From Felis catus (lineage: Eukaryota), in the NCBI RefSeq assembly GCF_018350175.1, contig NC_058373.1, positions 114,516,001 through 114,580,000 of the forward strand: DNA of 64,000 bases, given 5' to 3'. Under the pieces are notes generated by a model. That model did not search any database. It saw only the letters and a program-made list of their open reading frames with translations, and was not told where the DNA came from. Both the position numbers and the translations under genes were made by a program. Each line of letters opens with the position of its first letter. Position 1 is the first letter of the stretch. Shown piece by piece: positions 39,697 to 51,095 of the stretch.

Positions 39697-39988
39697 GGGG
39701 GTGTGCCTGTCTGGCTCAGTCAGTAGACCATATGACTCTTGATCTTGGGGTTATGAGCTCAAGCCCCACATTGGGAGGACAGATTACTTAAAACTAAAAT
39801 CTTGGGGCACCTGGGTGGCTCAGTTGGTTAAGCGCCCGACTTCAGCTCAGGTCGTGATCTCGCAGTTTGTGAGTTTGAGCCCCGTGTTGGGCTCTGTGCT
39901 GATGGCTCGGAGCCTGGAGCCTGCTTCAGATTCTGTGTCTCCCTCTCTCTCTGCCCCTCCCCTGCTCATTCTCTCTCTCTCTCTCCCT

Positions 39989-40032
<44 letters not shown>

Positions 40033-40084
40033 AATGAACACACATTACAATTTTTTTAAATAAAATCTTAAAAAAAAAAAAAAA
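39697..40084 (+). mobile_element. Short old Can-SINE with a full Can-SINE (+, 39804 to about 40057) nested in its tail
   Basis: taaaatctt is duplicated on both sides of the inner element; the outer A tail resumes at about 40070. Confidence 0.9.
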
Positions 40085-40409
40085 GAGGAAAAGGCCCTGG
40101 TGCTCTGAGTAGGGGGGTGGGGGATGAGGATGGGCGAGGGTGTCCAGAAGTGAATCTCAAGAGGGTACGGGAGTGGGTTGAAGCAATAACTGATGCTCTT
40201 GGTCTTCTCAATAGGGAAGAGGCCCCGCAGGATGGACTGAAGGTATGGAATTGACCGGTCTTTCCATCCAGGACTCACTGGTGGCCATCACACTGTGATA
40301 CTAGTTCCATATAACGCCATCTCCCACAGAGAAAACAGAATTACTAAACATGCTGATTTTTTACAGATACTAAGGTATATGCGTGTTTCTAACATCCATT
40401 CTTTTCCTT

Positions 40410-41170
40410 CAGTCAGGGTATAATGTACAGTAAAATGCTTTCCCCAAGGGTGCTAATCTTCAGCATACAGCTCAGTGAAATGTCTCCTGGGTCTACACCC
40501 ATGAAACTACTACCCAGCTCAAGATAAAACATTCTCAGCACCTCAGGTTTTCTCATGCCCCTTCCCAATCTATACTCCTGATCCATGTAGGAAGCCATTA
40601 TTCTGACTTCCTACCGCCAGTGATTGTTCTCACTCGTTTTTGCACTTCATATACATGGAATCATACAGTGTGTATGCTTTGGTTTCTGGATTTTTCACGC
40701 GATTTCATGTCTATGAAATTTGTGTGTGTGTGTTGTGTATTGTGTCCGTGGCTCATTTGTTTTTGTTTTTTTCTGGTTTTGCTGTGTAGTATTTCACTGT
40801 ATAAGTATATCCCAAGTAATGTATCCACTCTCTTGTTGACGGGCACTTGCCTCGTTTATAGTTTGGAGCTACCATACGTAAGTGCCATGAACATTTCTAT
40901 GTGTGTTTTTGGTGACCATATGCATTCATTCTCTTGGGTATACACCTAGGAATGGATTGGGTCATAGGGTGGGTCTATATTTCATTGTAGTAGCTATTGC
41001 CAAAACACTTTTTCAAATTGACGGTAACAGTTGACTTTCCAGCAGCAAGGTCTGAGGAATTCAGTCATTCCACATCCTCTGACTACAAGCTACTGTCAAT
41101 TTTTGTTTTAATTTTAGCCATTATGGTGGGTGAAGAGTGGTCTCTTTTTATGGGTTTAATCTTGCCATAG
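40410..41170 (-). mobile_element. Old L1 (L1ME-like) 3' fragment
   Basis: tggaatcatacagtgtgtatgcttt...tgccatgaacattt...tgggtatacacctaggaatggattgggtcatagggt. Confidence 0.75.
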
Positions 41171-41544
41171 GCTTATCAACCTTTTGAATAAAAAACTTCC
41201 ATTCTTGCTGCCATTAATAGCAATTGATTCTTAATGTATTAGCTCCTTGAGATAAGGAGACAATGGCATGTGTATTGTATCGATTTCACCAAATTTAATT
41301 CATTCAGCAAATATTTAGCAAGCAATTGCTCTATGCCCTGCACCGTGCTGGAGAATAAAGATGCAAGAATGGTCATGTCCCTCTTAGAACAGACAGTAGA
41401 TGCTTAATAAATATTCCATGAATAATTGTTTTTCGAGGCTATTCAGCCCCTAGTAGGAGCTGTTTTGTTTTGGACTTGTTTTGGTGGGAAGCCATGGCCA
41501 TTTCATGTGACTTTTCAATTAAAAGTTTAAGAAAAAAAAACAGA

Positions 41545-41759
41545 TTTTTTTTGAGAGAGAGAGAGAGAGAGAGAGAATGGGAGAGAGACAGAGAGAGAGA
41601 GGGAGCAGGGGAGGGGCAAAGGGAGAGAAAGAATCCCAAGCAGGCTCCTTGCTGTCAGCCTAGAGCCCGACTCGGGGCTCAAACTCACCAACCGTGAGAT
41701 CATGACCTGAGCCAAAATCAAAAGTTGGACGCTTAACCGACTAAGTCACCAGGTGCCCC
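41545..41759 (-). mobile_element. Can-SINE
   Basis: Antisense head and (GA)n body. Confidence 0.9.
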
Positions 41760-44127
41760 CCAAAAAGCTCTTTAAAAACAAAACAAAATCCCTGGGGTCA
41801 TGTGGGCAGCCAAAATGGAGTGAGGTAAGATCATGAAGGAAAATTGGAGGATTTATCTGGGAAGCAGTCCTGACTCCTCTCTTTCCAGAGGCTCAGCCTC
41901 TTTTACCCCTTTTCCATTCATTCTCTGCATTTCTCTAGGTGCGATGACAAAGGAACCGAGATCGAGGGCAGAATTCTTGCCATTCTTGCCATTCACTGCC
42001 ATGGCCAGTGGTCATGAACTGAGGCTCAAGAAGTTTGCTCAAGTCATGGCAGGGCAGACAACATTGATGTCCCTTCAGGCACCAGTCAGGCCTTTCCCTG
42101 GATGGGAGATCTCCTGACTCAGCAGCAACAGGCTCTGAGACTAGCCGAATCCACCACCAGCACTGCAGACAACTGTTTCTGCCCCAATCTAGTCAGTAAT
42201 GAGTCACCCAGAAAGCCATAAGTGCTTTGCTATTGAAAGAACCTAGGTCTGGAGTAGATGACCCAATTTCCTTGGAAAGAAGAAATCATGTCTACGAGTT
42301 CTGGGAGTACTTATTAGGCACCTACTCTGTGCCAGGCAGAATTCTAGGAGACCCACAGAAGAGCCCTATTCCTCCCAAACCTTCTGGACTAGCTGTGGCC
42401 AAACAATGGGCTTCCGCCTCTAGAATTCATCATCCAAGAATCCATCAGATACTTACTGACAGGCTGAGAGAATAGAAACGAATTGGACTGCCACGTGAGG
42501 TGACATAAACAATGTAGAGTACCAGCCCAGTGCCTGACATGCACCAGGCCACCTAGATGCTCAGCAGTTTCTTTTTCCTACCCTACTATGTGTCATTCAT
42601 TGGCCGTGCAAGTCTCCATGAGGAAACACAAAAAATCTGCAAGATTCTGGAAAGTAAAAGCTCTGTGGACCTCCCAGCCCAGAGTTCTGGGGATTTCCTT
42701 CAGCGTGTCCCAAATCTCTAACCTTACACCCTAATGGTCACGGGTTCCTTATTGGCTCTTCCTAAGAGAACTAAGGACAGTAGTATTTGCAGAAGGCTAA
42801 AAGGAGGGAGGGAACTCACCATGGTTTCTTGGGTTCCTGGCTCCATAGGTCAGAGATCTCAGTTGCATTGCCGGTCCCAACAGCAGGCTAATTTATGCAC
42901 ACCTTTGTCACTGAATTCCCATAGACACCATTTATGGTTGTCTCTCTAATATATATCATATATTATAGCGTTCTCTATTGTGCTTCTTTGTCCCCATGTT
43001 ATTTCCTATTGTCACACTGTGGTTTCATCCCTCTTCCTTCCCCCACACAGGGCCTAGAACACCATAGGTGCTCCAGTTCAATCTTTGCTGAATGAAACAA
43101 TGCGTTAGGCAAATTCCATCTCGGTGCCTCAGTTTCCCTCATCAACCTGTAGGAGGCCCTGGAAGTCCAGTCCTTTGCCATAGCCTATGTAAGCCTTTCC
43201 TAAGTCTTCTGACCACCCAAGGAGCCAGAGCTGGAGACACGGACGTGGCCATCTAGCTCACATGCCTCAACCAGCAGCTCCCAGCCCTCACCAGGCCTAC
43301 CTCTTCACCACCAGGGAAAGGTTGTTTGCCTCTAGGCCACCTCCTGCCCCTCCCACTACACGCGGCTCAGGGGAGGAGAGAACACAGTTTCCCTCTAGCA
43401 GAATCTCTAGTAAAGGACAGGCCTAGAGCACGCAGCAGTTTGTTTCCATGCTCTGCCTCGTTCTCGGGTCTAGGTGCCAAGTGATGGAACATCTGGCCTC
43501 TCTGGTGCCCTTTTTTTCATCTTTTGGCATAAATCTTTACCCCAAATTCCAGAGGAAATCCAGGCAGGACCCTCAGAAGTCTTCACTTCTGATTATTACC
43601 CTGAGATGGGTTCTGTGAGCAAGAGATAGTCATGCCTGCTAGCTGCCAAACCTGAGTCCTCCAAGGAGGGCTGCGAGCTCCCCCAGCTACCTCTAGTTCC
43701 CAGCAAATCACAGCTGGGAAATTCCTGTTGAGTAACACACGCCCCTGCCCCATTTTAGGAGCTGGCAGGCAGAATCCAGGCCGGGGGAATGCGTTGCAGG
43801 GAAGTCTGATTAACCTCAGCTTCCCTCTCTTAGCAACTGGGTCCCACTGGTCTCCCACAGAAGCTGAGCCCCAGAGGCCTGCCCAGAGCGCTTCCTAGAA
43901 ATGAGAGAAAAATCTGGCAGCAAGGTAACCTCAGAAGAAGACTCGGTGCCAGGAGACCTGTGCCCCCCGGGCTTTGGTTTATTCACCTGCAAAGTAAGAG
44001 GGCTGGACTCACCAGATGGTGGTTAAGCCCTGAGCCCTACCCTAAGAACATCTTTCTCAGGCTCCTTCTCTATATTGCAATGACAAGTGGGTTTGAGTCC
44101 AATCTTGAGTATAAACAAATTCCTCTA

Positions 44128-44352
44128 GGGGCGCCTGGGTGGCTCAATTGGTTAAGCGTCTGACTCTTGATTTTGGCTCAGGTCATGGTCTCACGGTTGT
44201 GGGATCCATCGACTGAGCCCCCTCGTCGGTCTGCGCACCGAGTGTGGAGCCGGCTTGGGATTCTCCTTCTCCCTCTCCCTCTGCCCCTCTCCTGCTCACT
44301 CTCCCTCTCTCTCTTTCTTTCAAAATAAATAAATAAACATTGACAAAAAAAT
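44128..44352 (+). mobile_element. Can-SINE
   Basis: Degenerate TSD taaacaaattcctcta / taagcaagttcctcta. Confidence 0.92.
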
Positions 44353-44880
44353 AAGCAAGTTCCTCTATAAAAGATACAGCGTCTCACAAAGTTACTTAAT
44401 TTTTGTTTTAATGTTCCTTAAATATATACAAACGGAAAACTAGGTACACACTTTTTAAGGTTTTAGGTTTACAATTAACATAGAATAAAAACAAGCTTAC
44501 AAATTCCCATCTGAAAGAAACTATAAAAGCAGTAAGACTCACCTTAGCCGCTTTAATTTAAATTTGACTGTTGCTATTTGCCCAAATGAAACTGCTCCTC
44601 CCAGCATGACTGAAGTTCTGGCGGTGACAGAGTAGGTGGCCCTTTTGCCTTCAGGACGCCTGTCTTCCCGCATGCCTTCCCGTGACTCTGTTCTACTGTC
44701 TCTGAACTGCTGCATCAGGGCATCACTTAACCCTTGGAGAGAACACACCATTATGCATTAAGTTCCCTTCTCCTGTGTTCTCATTAGCATTCCACAATTA
44801 AAGATATTTCCTTTTTTTTTTTTTTAAGTTCTTTTTAATCTTTTTGCCAACAGGATCCTTCTCTCAAGTTTCAATGTCCT

Positions 44881-45116
44881 GGGGTGGGGGGTGGGCAAAA
44901 TAGGAATTAAGAAGTACACGCTTCTAGTTATAAAATAAACAAATCACAGGGACGAAAAGTACAGCATAGGGAATATAGTCAATAATACTATAATAACTTT
45001 GTGTGGTGACAGTAACTACACTTATGGTTAAGTGTATAGTAATATATATAATTGTTGAAATGCTATGTTGTATACCTGAAATGAGCATAATATTATATGT
45101 AAACTATACTTCAATT
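44881..45116 (+). mobile_element. L1 3' terminus (L1MA9 or carnivore-type)
   Basis: ctagttataaaataaacaaatcacaggga...gtacagcatagggaatatagtcaataat...atgttgtatacctgaaa...aactatacttcaatt. Confidence 0.8.
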
Positions 45117-45134
45117 AATTTTTTTTTTAATTTT

Positions 45135-45483
45135 GGGGCACCTGGCTGGCTAAGTCAGTAGGGCATGTGACTCTTGTTTTCTTGTTTTTGTTTTTGTTTT
45201 TTTTCCCCACCCCGAGCATGTGACTCTTGATCTCAGGGGTCATGAGTTTGAGCCCCACTTTGGGGGTAGAATTTACTTTAAAAAATTTTTTTTTAATTTA
45301 AAAAGTTTCAGGGTGCCTGGGTGGCTCAGTCAGTTAGGCATCCAACTTCTGCTCAAGTCATGATCTCAAGGTTCGTGAGTTTGAGCCCCACATCGGGCTC
45401 TGGGCTGACAGTGTGGAATCTGGACCCTGCTTCAGATTCTGTGTCTCCCTCTCTTCTCTCTGCCCCTCCCCTGCTCTAGCGTG

Positions 45484-45529
<46 letters not shown>

Positions 45530-45557
45530 AATAAGTAAACATTTAAAAAAATTAAAA
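45135..45557 (+). mobile_element. Short Can-SINE (45135 to about 45305, interrupted by a 39-bp insert) followed by a full Can-SINE (45311-45557)
   Basis: Two tRNA-like heads; (CT)n and A tail in the second. Confidence 0.9.
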
Positions 45558-45754
45558 TATCTTTAAAACAAAATCTCACTGTCCTTACCTTCAAGAGAAG
45601 GAGAATCACCTTGATTCTACCTACTTCACAGGATGACTGTGAACGTTCATTCATTCATCCTATCATCATTTATCTAGTACAGAGGGTGTAGCAGTGACCA
45701 GAATGGACAAGCTCCTTCCCTGGGGAGCTGCCATTCCAATAGGAAGGTCAGGGA

Positions 45755-46245
45755 GGTGGGACTGAAGGTTCTAAGCCTTCCACCACATGGTTGGCTCTCC
45801 TGGCAACCAGCCCCCACTCCTAGGTGCTTTCTAAAAGGCACCCCATGGGGCGCCTGGGTGGCTCAGTCGGTTAAGCAGCCGACTTCAGCTCAGGTCATTA
45901 TCTCACAGTCCGTGAGTTCGAGCCCCGCGTCGGGCTCTGTGCTGACAGCTCAGAGCCTGGAGCCTGTTTCAGATTCTGTGACTCCTTCTCTCTCTGCCCC
46001 TCCCCCGTTCATGCTCTGTCTCTCTCTGTCTCAAAAATAAATAAACGTTAAAAAATAAAAATAAAAAATAAATTAATAAAAGTCACCCCATTGACACAAA
46101 CTCTGGTGTTATTGAAAAGGGTTCGTTGTGAATATCAAGACACCTTCCTTGCTCTTATCACATAGGAAGTTCCAAGGGTATGAAGAGCTTTGTGCCAGAA
46201 ATGGGGACCAAATATATATTTGTTCTTATAAATCACAATATCTCA
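45755..46245. mobile_element. MER21-like ERV LTR fragment split by a Can-SINE (+, 45847 to about 46078)
   Basis: SINE TSD aaaaggcaccccat / aaaagtcaccccat; the flanks carry ggcaaccagccccc and ttccaagggt...tgtgccagaaatggggaccaaatatatattt...cacaatatc. Confidence 0.7.
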
Positions 46246-46406
46246 GGGGAGAAGTAGAGGGAAGTTACATTTTTAAAATGGCATGTTCTGGGGAGGCTTC
46301 ATAGAGTAGGTAACATTTAAGACCTAAGCGAGTTGGAGGAAGCTAAAGCATTTGAGGAACAGCCAGGAGGTCAGGTGTCTATTTTGGAATAACACACAGC
46401 GAGCGC

Positions 46407-46408
<2 letters not shown>

Positions 46409-46453
<45 letters not shown>
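46409..46453. repeat. (GT)n microsatellite flanked by (GC)n
   Basis: Seen directly. Confidence 0.95.
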
Positions 46454-46456
<3 letters not shown>

Positions 46457-46499
46457 TCGCGCGCGCACACACGGTAAAGCACAATGCAAACCTAGATAT

Positions 46500-47510
46500 A
46501 CAGTAGATAACCATTGTTTCACTGCCCAGCAACCATTTCCCCTCCTGGCAACTCCGCGGTGATATTCCTCTGGGGAGGCACCTCCCCTGTCCCTGGTCTC
46601 CCCTGCTGGTAGGATGACCCCACCCCTAACCACCAGGGCTGGGCAAATGATGGGCCCGACCAATCAGAACAAAACAATTGGTTTAGGCCTCGGCGTGGGA
46701 CCCAATCAGAATGAATAACACACAATGGCATTGCGGGCACCCTTGGGAGAGAGCCACAGTCTTTTCCCCCTGGAGATCCAAGCAGTAAAGATGATAGGAG
46801 CCTGGTGCTTTCCGGAGCCACCCACTTGGAACCTGAGAAAAAAGCCAGTGCAGAGGAAGATCGCAGGGATGAATCCTGGAGACATATTTTGATCCCCTGT
46901 ATCAAGCTGTATCTACTTCTGGACTTCCCAGTTTATGTGCACCAATTAATTCCCTGTTTTGCTGCATAAGCTGGTGTGTCAGTTACCTATTGCTGCACAG
47001 TAATTTGCTGCAAGACGTGGTCACTGAAAAGAACATCTATTACCTCACAGTTTCTCTAGGTCAGGGATTTGGGAGTGCTCGAACCTGCGTGATCCTGGTT
47101 CAGGGTCTCTTGTAGGCTTTCAGGCGGGGTGGTAGCCAGGACTCTGAAGGCCTGGCTGGGCCTGAAGGATGTGCTTTCACAGTGGTTCACCCCATGGCTG
47201 TTGGCAGGAGCCCTCAGTTCCCTGTCACGCGGGTTCTGCATAGGCTGGGTGAGTGTCCTCACAACATGGCTGCTGACGTCCCCTGAGGGAGAGACATCCA
47301 AGAGAGCAAGTGAGGCGTGCCCTTTATAAGCTCGTCCCTGAAGTAACTCTGAAGTGTTACTACCTCAAGCCCACGCTCAAGGGGAGGGAAGCAGGCCCCT
47401 CCTCTTGAAGGGAGGAAGATCAAAGAATTTGTGGACATATCTGAAAACCACCACACCTGGCTTAACCTTGATGTTCTGTCACTCGCAACCACTAGAGTTC
47501 TGACAGTTAT
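46500..47510. mobile_element. LTR16-like ERVL LTR with an MLT1F/G-like LTR (about 46975-47455) nested inside
   Basis: Outer element: paired ccaatcagaa motifs and terminal tctgtcactcgcaacc. Inner element: tgtgtcagttacctattgctgc...cctcacaacatggctgct...aaaaccaccaca. Confidence 0.6.
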
Positions 47511-47700
47511 TCAGGAGTTTATCACAATTGTATTATGGCTGTTACAACATGGCTCTTGGCAAAAGCAACAACAACAAAAAAAACCCAGGCGCCTATAACG
47601 TGCTAACAACGTACATCTTATAAATGCCAGTTCGATCCTGTCCTAGGTAAGCTCAAAAACCTCCAATGGCCGTCGTGGTCCAAAAGTTCAAATTTCTTGA

Positions 47701-47810
47701 GGGGGTCCAACTGGCTCAGTCGGTAGAGCATGAGACTTTTAATCTCAGGGTTGTGGGTTCGAGCCCCATGTTGGGTGTAGAGATTACTTAAAAAAAAAAT
47801 CTTAAAAATA
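47701..47810 (+). mobile_element. Short old Can-SINE
   Basis: TSD aaagttcaaatttctt on both sides. Confidence 0.88.
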
Positions 47811-50544
47811 AAGTTCAAATTTCTTTACATGGGGCACATAGCCACCACAGCTTACTCCCCGCGCCCTCCCTACCACCCTCCTAAAACCTCCCTGCTTCAG
47901 ACCCTCCTAGCTGCTTGCTTTTCTCTGAATATGCCATATTTCCACATCTCCGTACCCTTGTCCATGCTGTTCTAGCTTCTCCACGTAAAGCTCTGCTCAA
48001 AACCCGATTCATATGTCACCTCTTCTGTGAAGACTTCTCTGACTTCACCCCAAAACTGATGATACTACTGAGCTTCAGGCCCTTCATATTTATTGTGTCC
48101 AAATCCATAACCCTGAATTTATGTGCTATTTATATTATCCCCATATACAAATGAGGGCCCAGTATACAGATCCGGGGTCCTCTAAAAAGGGTGAGGAGCT
48201 TCCTTGCAGGCATCGGGCCGGTGAGCAACACAGCACATGTTGGCACACCCTGTTAGTTAGTTATTCCTTCCTCTTCCGCTCCTAAACACTGTGGTCGTGT
48301 ATACTGTGTATAGTTACCCATGAATCCGGCTCCCCTGACAGATCAAGAACTTCCTGGGGGCCTGGCCCTCATCTTGTATAGCCACCTTTCATGGAGCACT
48401 CACTGCATTAATGTTGCGTGGTTAATGTTGCCCATTTTCCAGATGAGGAAATCAAGGCTCAGAAGGATTAAAGGACCAAGGTCTGAGGCCGGACTCCATG
48501 CCCTCATCCCCTACGTGCGACAGTACTTGAGATGTACTAAGTAGGTGCTCAGTATGCATGTTGGAAGGCCTGACTGGAGTGAATGAGAACTGGGTGGCCC
48601 CAGCTTCCCCATCCCCCACCGTGTCCGTGTCCGTGTCCGTGTCTGGCTGGAGGCTTCAAGGCTGCTGTTTACTTGCAGGTTGGGAGCAGGGGAAGGAGCT
48701 GCAGGCAGGTAGAGTGGAAATACTCCAACCAGAAGCCAAGGGCCCCAGCTTCTGGTCCTGGCCCAGCCTCCATCTAACTGGGTGACCTTGGGCGGGTCTG
48801 CAATGCCAGGTAGCATTTGAGATGACTCCAGATAAAAGGGGCAGCCCAGGCCCCTGTGGATCCAGGAGCTCCTCAGGAGGCTGGAACCCTGGGGTGGGGG
48901 GGGCCCTAGTTCTAGTGACCACGGGGTGGGGGGGGGCCTCTGCCCTGAACCGGGCAAGCACCCCACTCCCTGCCAGGACTCTACCCCGAGTCCTCACCAA
49001 AGAAGCAGAGATGAGCTTTCACTCCGTGTGCCTTACCTCGAATGTGCTCAGGTTAAATTTTAGCTGCCATCCTTGCCTGGCGCACAGAGGAGATTAACTC
49101 CATCTGGAGTTTCTCACAGGCCCCCCGCCGCCCGCCCAGCCAGCTGAAACGTGTCTGGATCCACAACAAACTTCATCAGCTCGTTTCCGCCTCCAACCCT
49201 CACTAAATGGATTAGGCAACAGGAGCCCCAGGGTTGACCTTTGCAGCATCCATTGTCGTGGCTGTTATTGTAGACAGAAATAATAGCCAGGATAATAATT
49301 CGTGGTTAATGGTCCTTTAACCAGAGGGCTGGAGGGCTCTGGGAACATTACTTCATGGCCCTCTTGGCATGCCTCCCACAAGCCTTTTCTTCAATCCCTC
49401 TTTCATGCTCCCACCTCTGGAAAGCCTTCCTCCACATTCCCTAACTTCATTGCGGTACAGCTTATGCCCCGGCTCCCGGGTTCCGGCCTTGAGGAGAAGC
49501 CTCGTGGAGAACACAGTCCAGGCCTCAAAGATCTTCTTGTCGCCCACCTCGGGGCACCATCCTGGACACATTCCCCTTCACTGACCTGTTCCCCTGTCTG
49601 CTCAGAAGGAAGAAAAATCGATGTGTCGAAGTGTTTTCGGATAGGGATGGGAAAAAACCCAAAAAACCAAAAATACAATCTTGTAGTTGGTATGCGGCTT
49701 TGCTGTGGTTGTTGGTAACCCCCTGTTCCTGGTTGGCCAGAGGCTAAGTTATCTGCAAGTACAAGCTGTTCTTGCAGAATTATTACCATAATGTGCATAT
49801 AAATTTGGCTGTTGGGTGTTGCTATTGGTTTCTTTCCTCTCCTTTGTTCTTCCTTTCTTTCCACCATCTAAAAGTCAGAATGCATTTGCTGTAGCACAAG
49901 AAGTACCCAGCCTGTGGCCAAGAAGAAGTTAATCTACCCCCTAGACTTTGGGAAAACACAGCAGGTCAAAATGGATGGGCCCCCATCAAACACCTTTCCC
50001 TCAGTTGTTTTGGAAATAAACCTGCAGGCCCGAGGAGATTATCTGGAGTGAGAAAGGAATGTGTAAAGAGGCGGGGAAAGAAATGGAGATTAGAAAGACA
50101 CAGTCTCCGGGAAATACAGCCTTCTCTCCAAAACAATGATGTGGCTTGACAACCAAATGGGATCATGTGGGTTCTGAAATATTTCCAACTGTTTAAAAAG
50201 GAAGTGACAGCGAAGGCCAGCAAGTGTGTTTTAACTCCCCCAGGAATATCGACTCGCCTGTGAAAGAAGCAGATACCACGCAGATCCTGGATCCAGTTCC
50301 AGATACTTGCTGGCCCAAATGGGGCAGGGAAATGGAGGCGGGGCTTCCACGGAGGCGGGGTGAGCTGAAGCCTGCACAGACGTGGAGAGAGGAGGGAAGG
50401 AGGCGGGCAGAGCTGGAGTGAGTGGGATCCAGACAGTGCTGCTAGAGAGGGCAGGGCACCTGACTGGGTGCTGGTGGTCGTGACTCTGAAACTTTTCTCC
50501 GTCTGTGAAATGGGGATATTAGTAGTATCTGGAAGGCAAGGACA

Positions 50545-51095
50545 TTGGCCAGGGTCTCCAGAGAAAGAGAACCAATAGGATGTATACAGAGAGAAAGAGA
50601 TTTATTATAAGGAACTGTCTCACCTGATTGTAGAGGCAGGCAAGTCCCAAGATCCTCAGGGCAAGTTGGTAAGCTGGAGACTCACGAGAGCCTGATGGTT
50701 AGTTCTAGTCTGAATCTGAATATCTGAGAATCAGGAGAGCTGATAACTGTAGTGCCAGTGCTAAGGCCAACAGGCTCAAGACCCAGGAAGAACCAGTGTT
50801 TCAGTTCAGTTCAAGTCAAAGTCAGGGAAAAAGCCAACATCCCAATTCAAAGGCCATCAGACAAGAAGAATATTCCCTTACTCTGGGTAGGGTCAGCCGT
50901 TTTGTTCTATTCAGACCTTCAACTGATTGGATGAGGCCCATCCACATTAAGGAAAGCAATCTGCTTCACTCGGTCTACTCATTTAAGTGTTAATCGCATC
51001 CAGAAACGTCTCATGGAAACACCCAGCATAAAATGTGACCAAATATCTGGGCACCTGTGGCTCAGTCAAGTAGACCCATAAAATTAAATATCACA
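50545..51095 (-). mobile_element. MLT2B-like ERVL solo LTR
   Basis: cagggtctccagagaaagagaaccaatagga...gatttattataaggaa...ttcaactgattggatgaggccc...cataaaattaaatatcaca. Confidence 0.85.
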
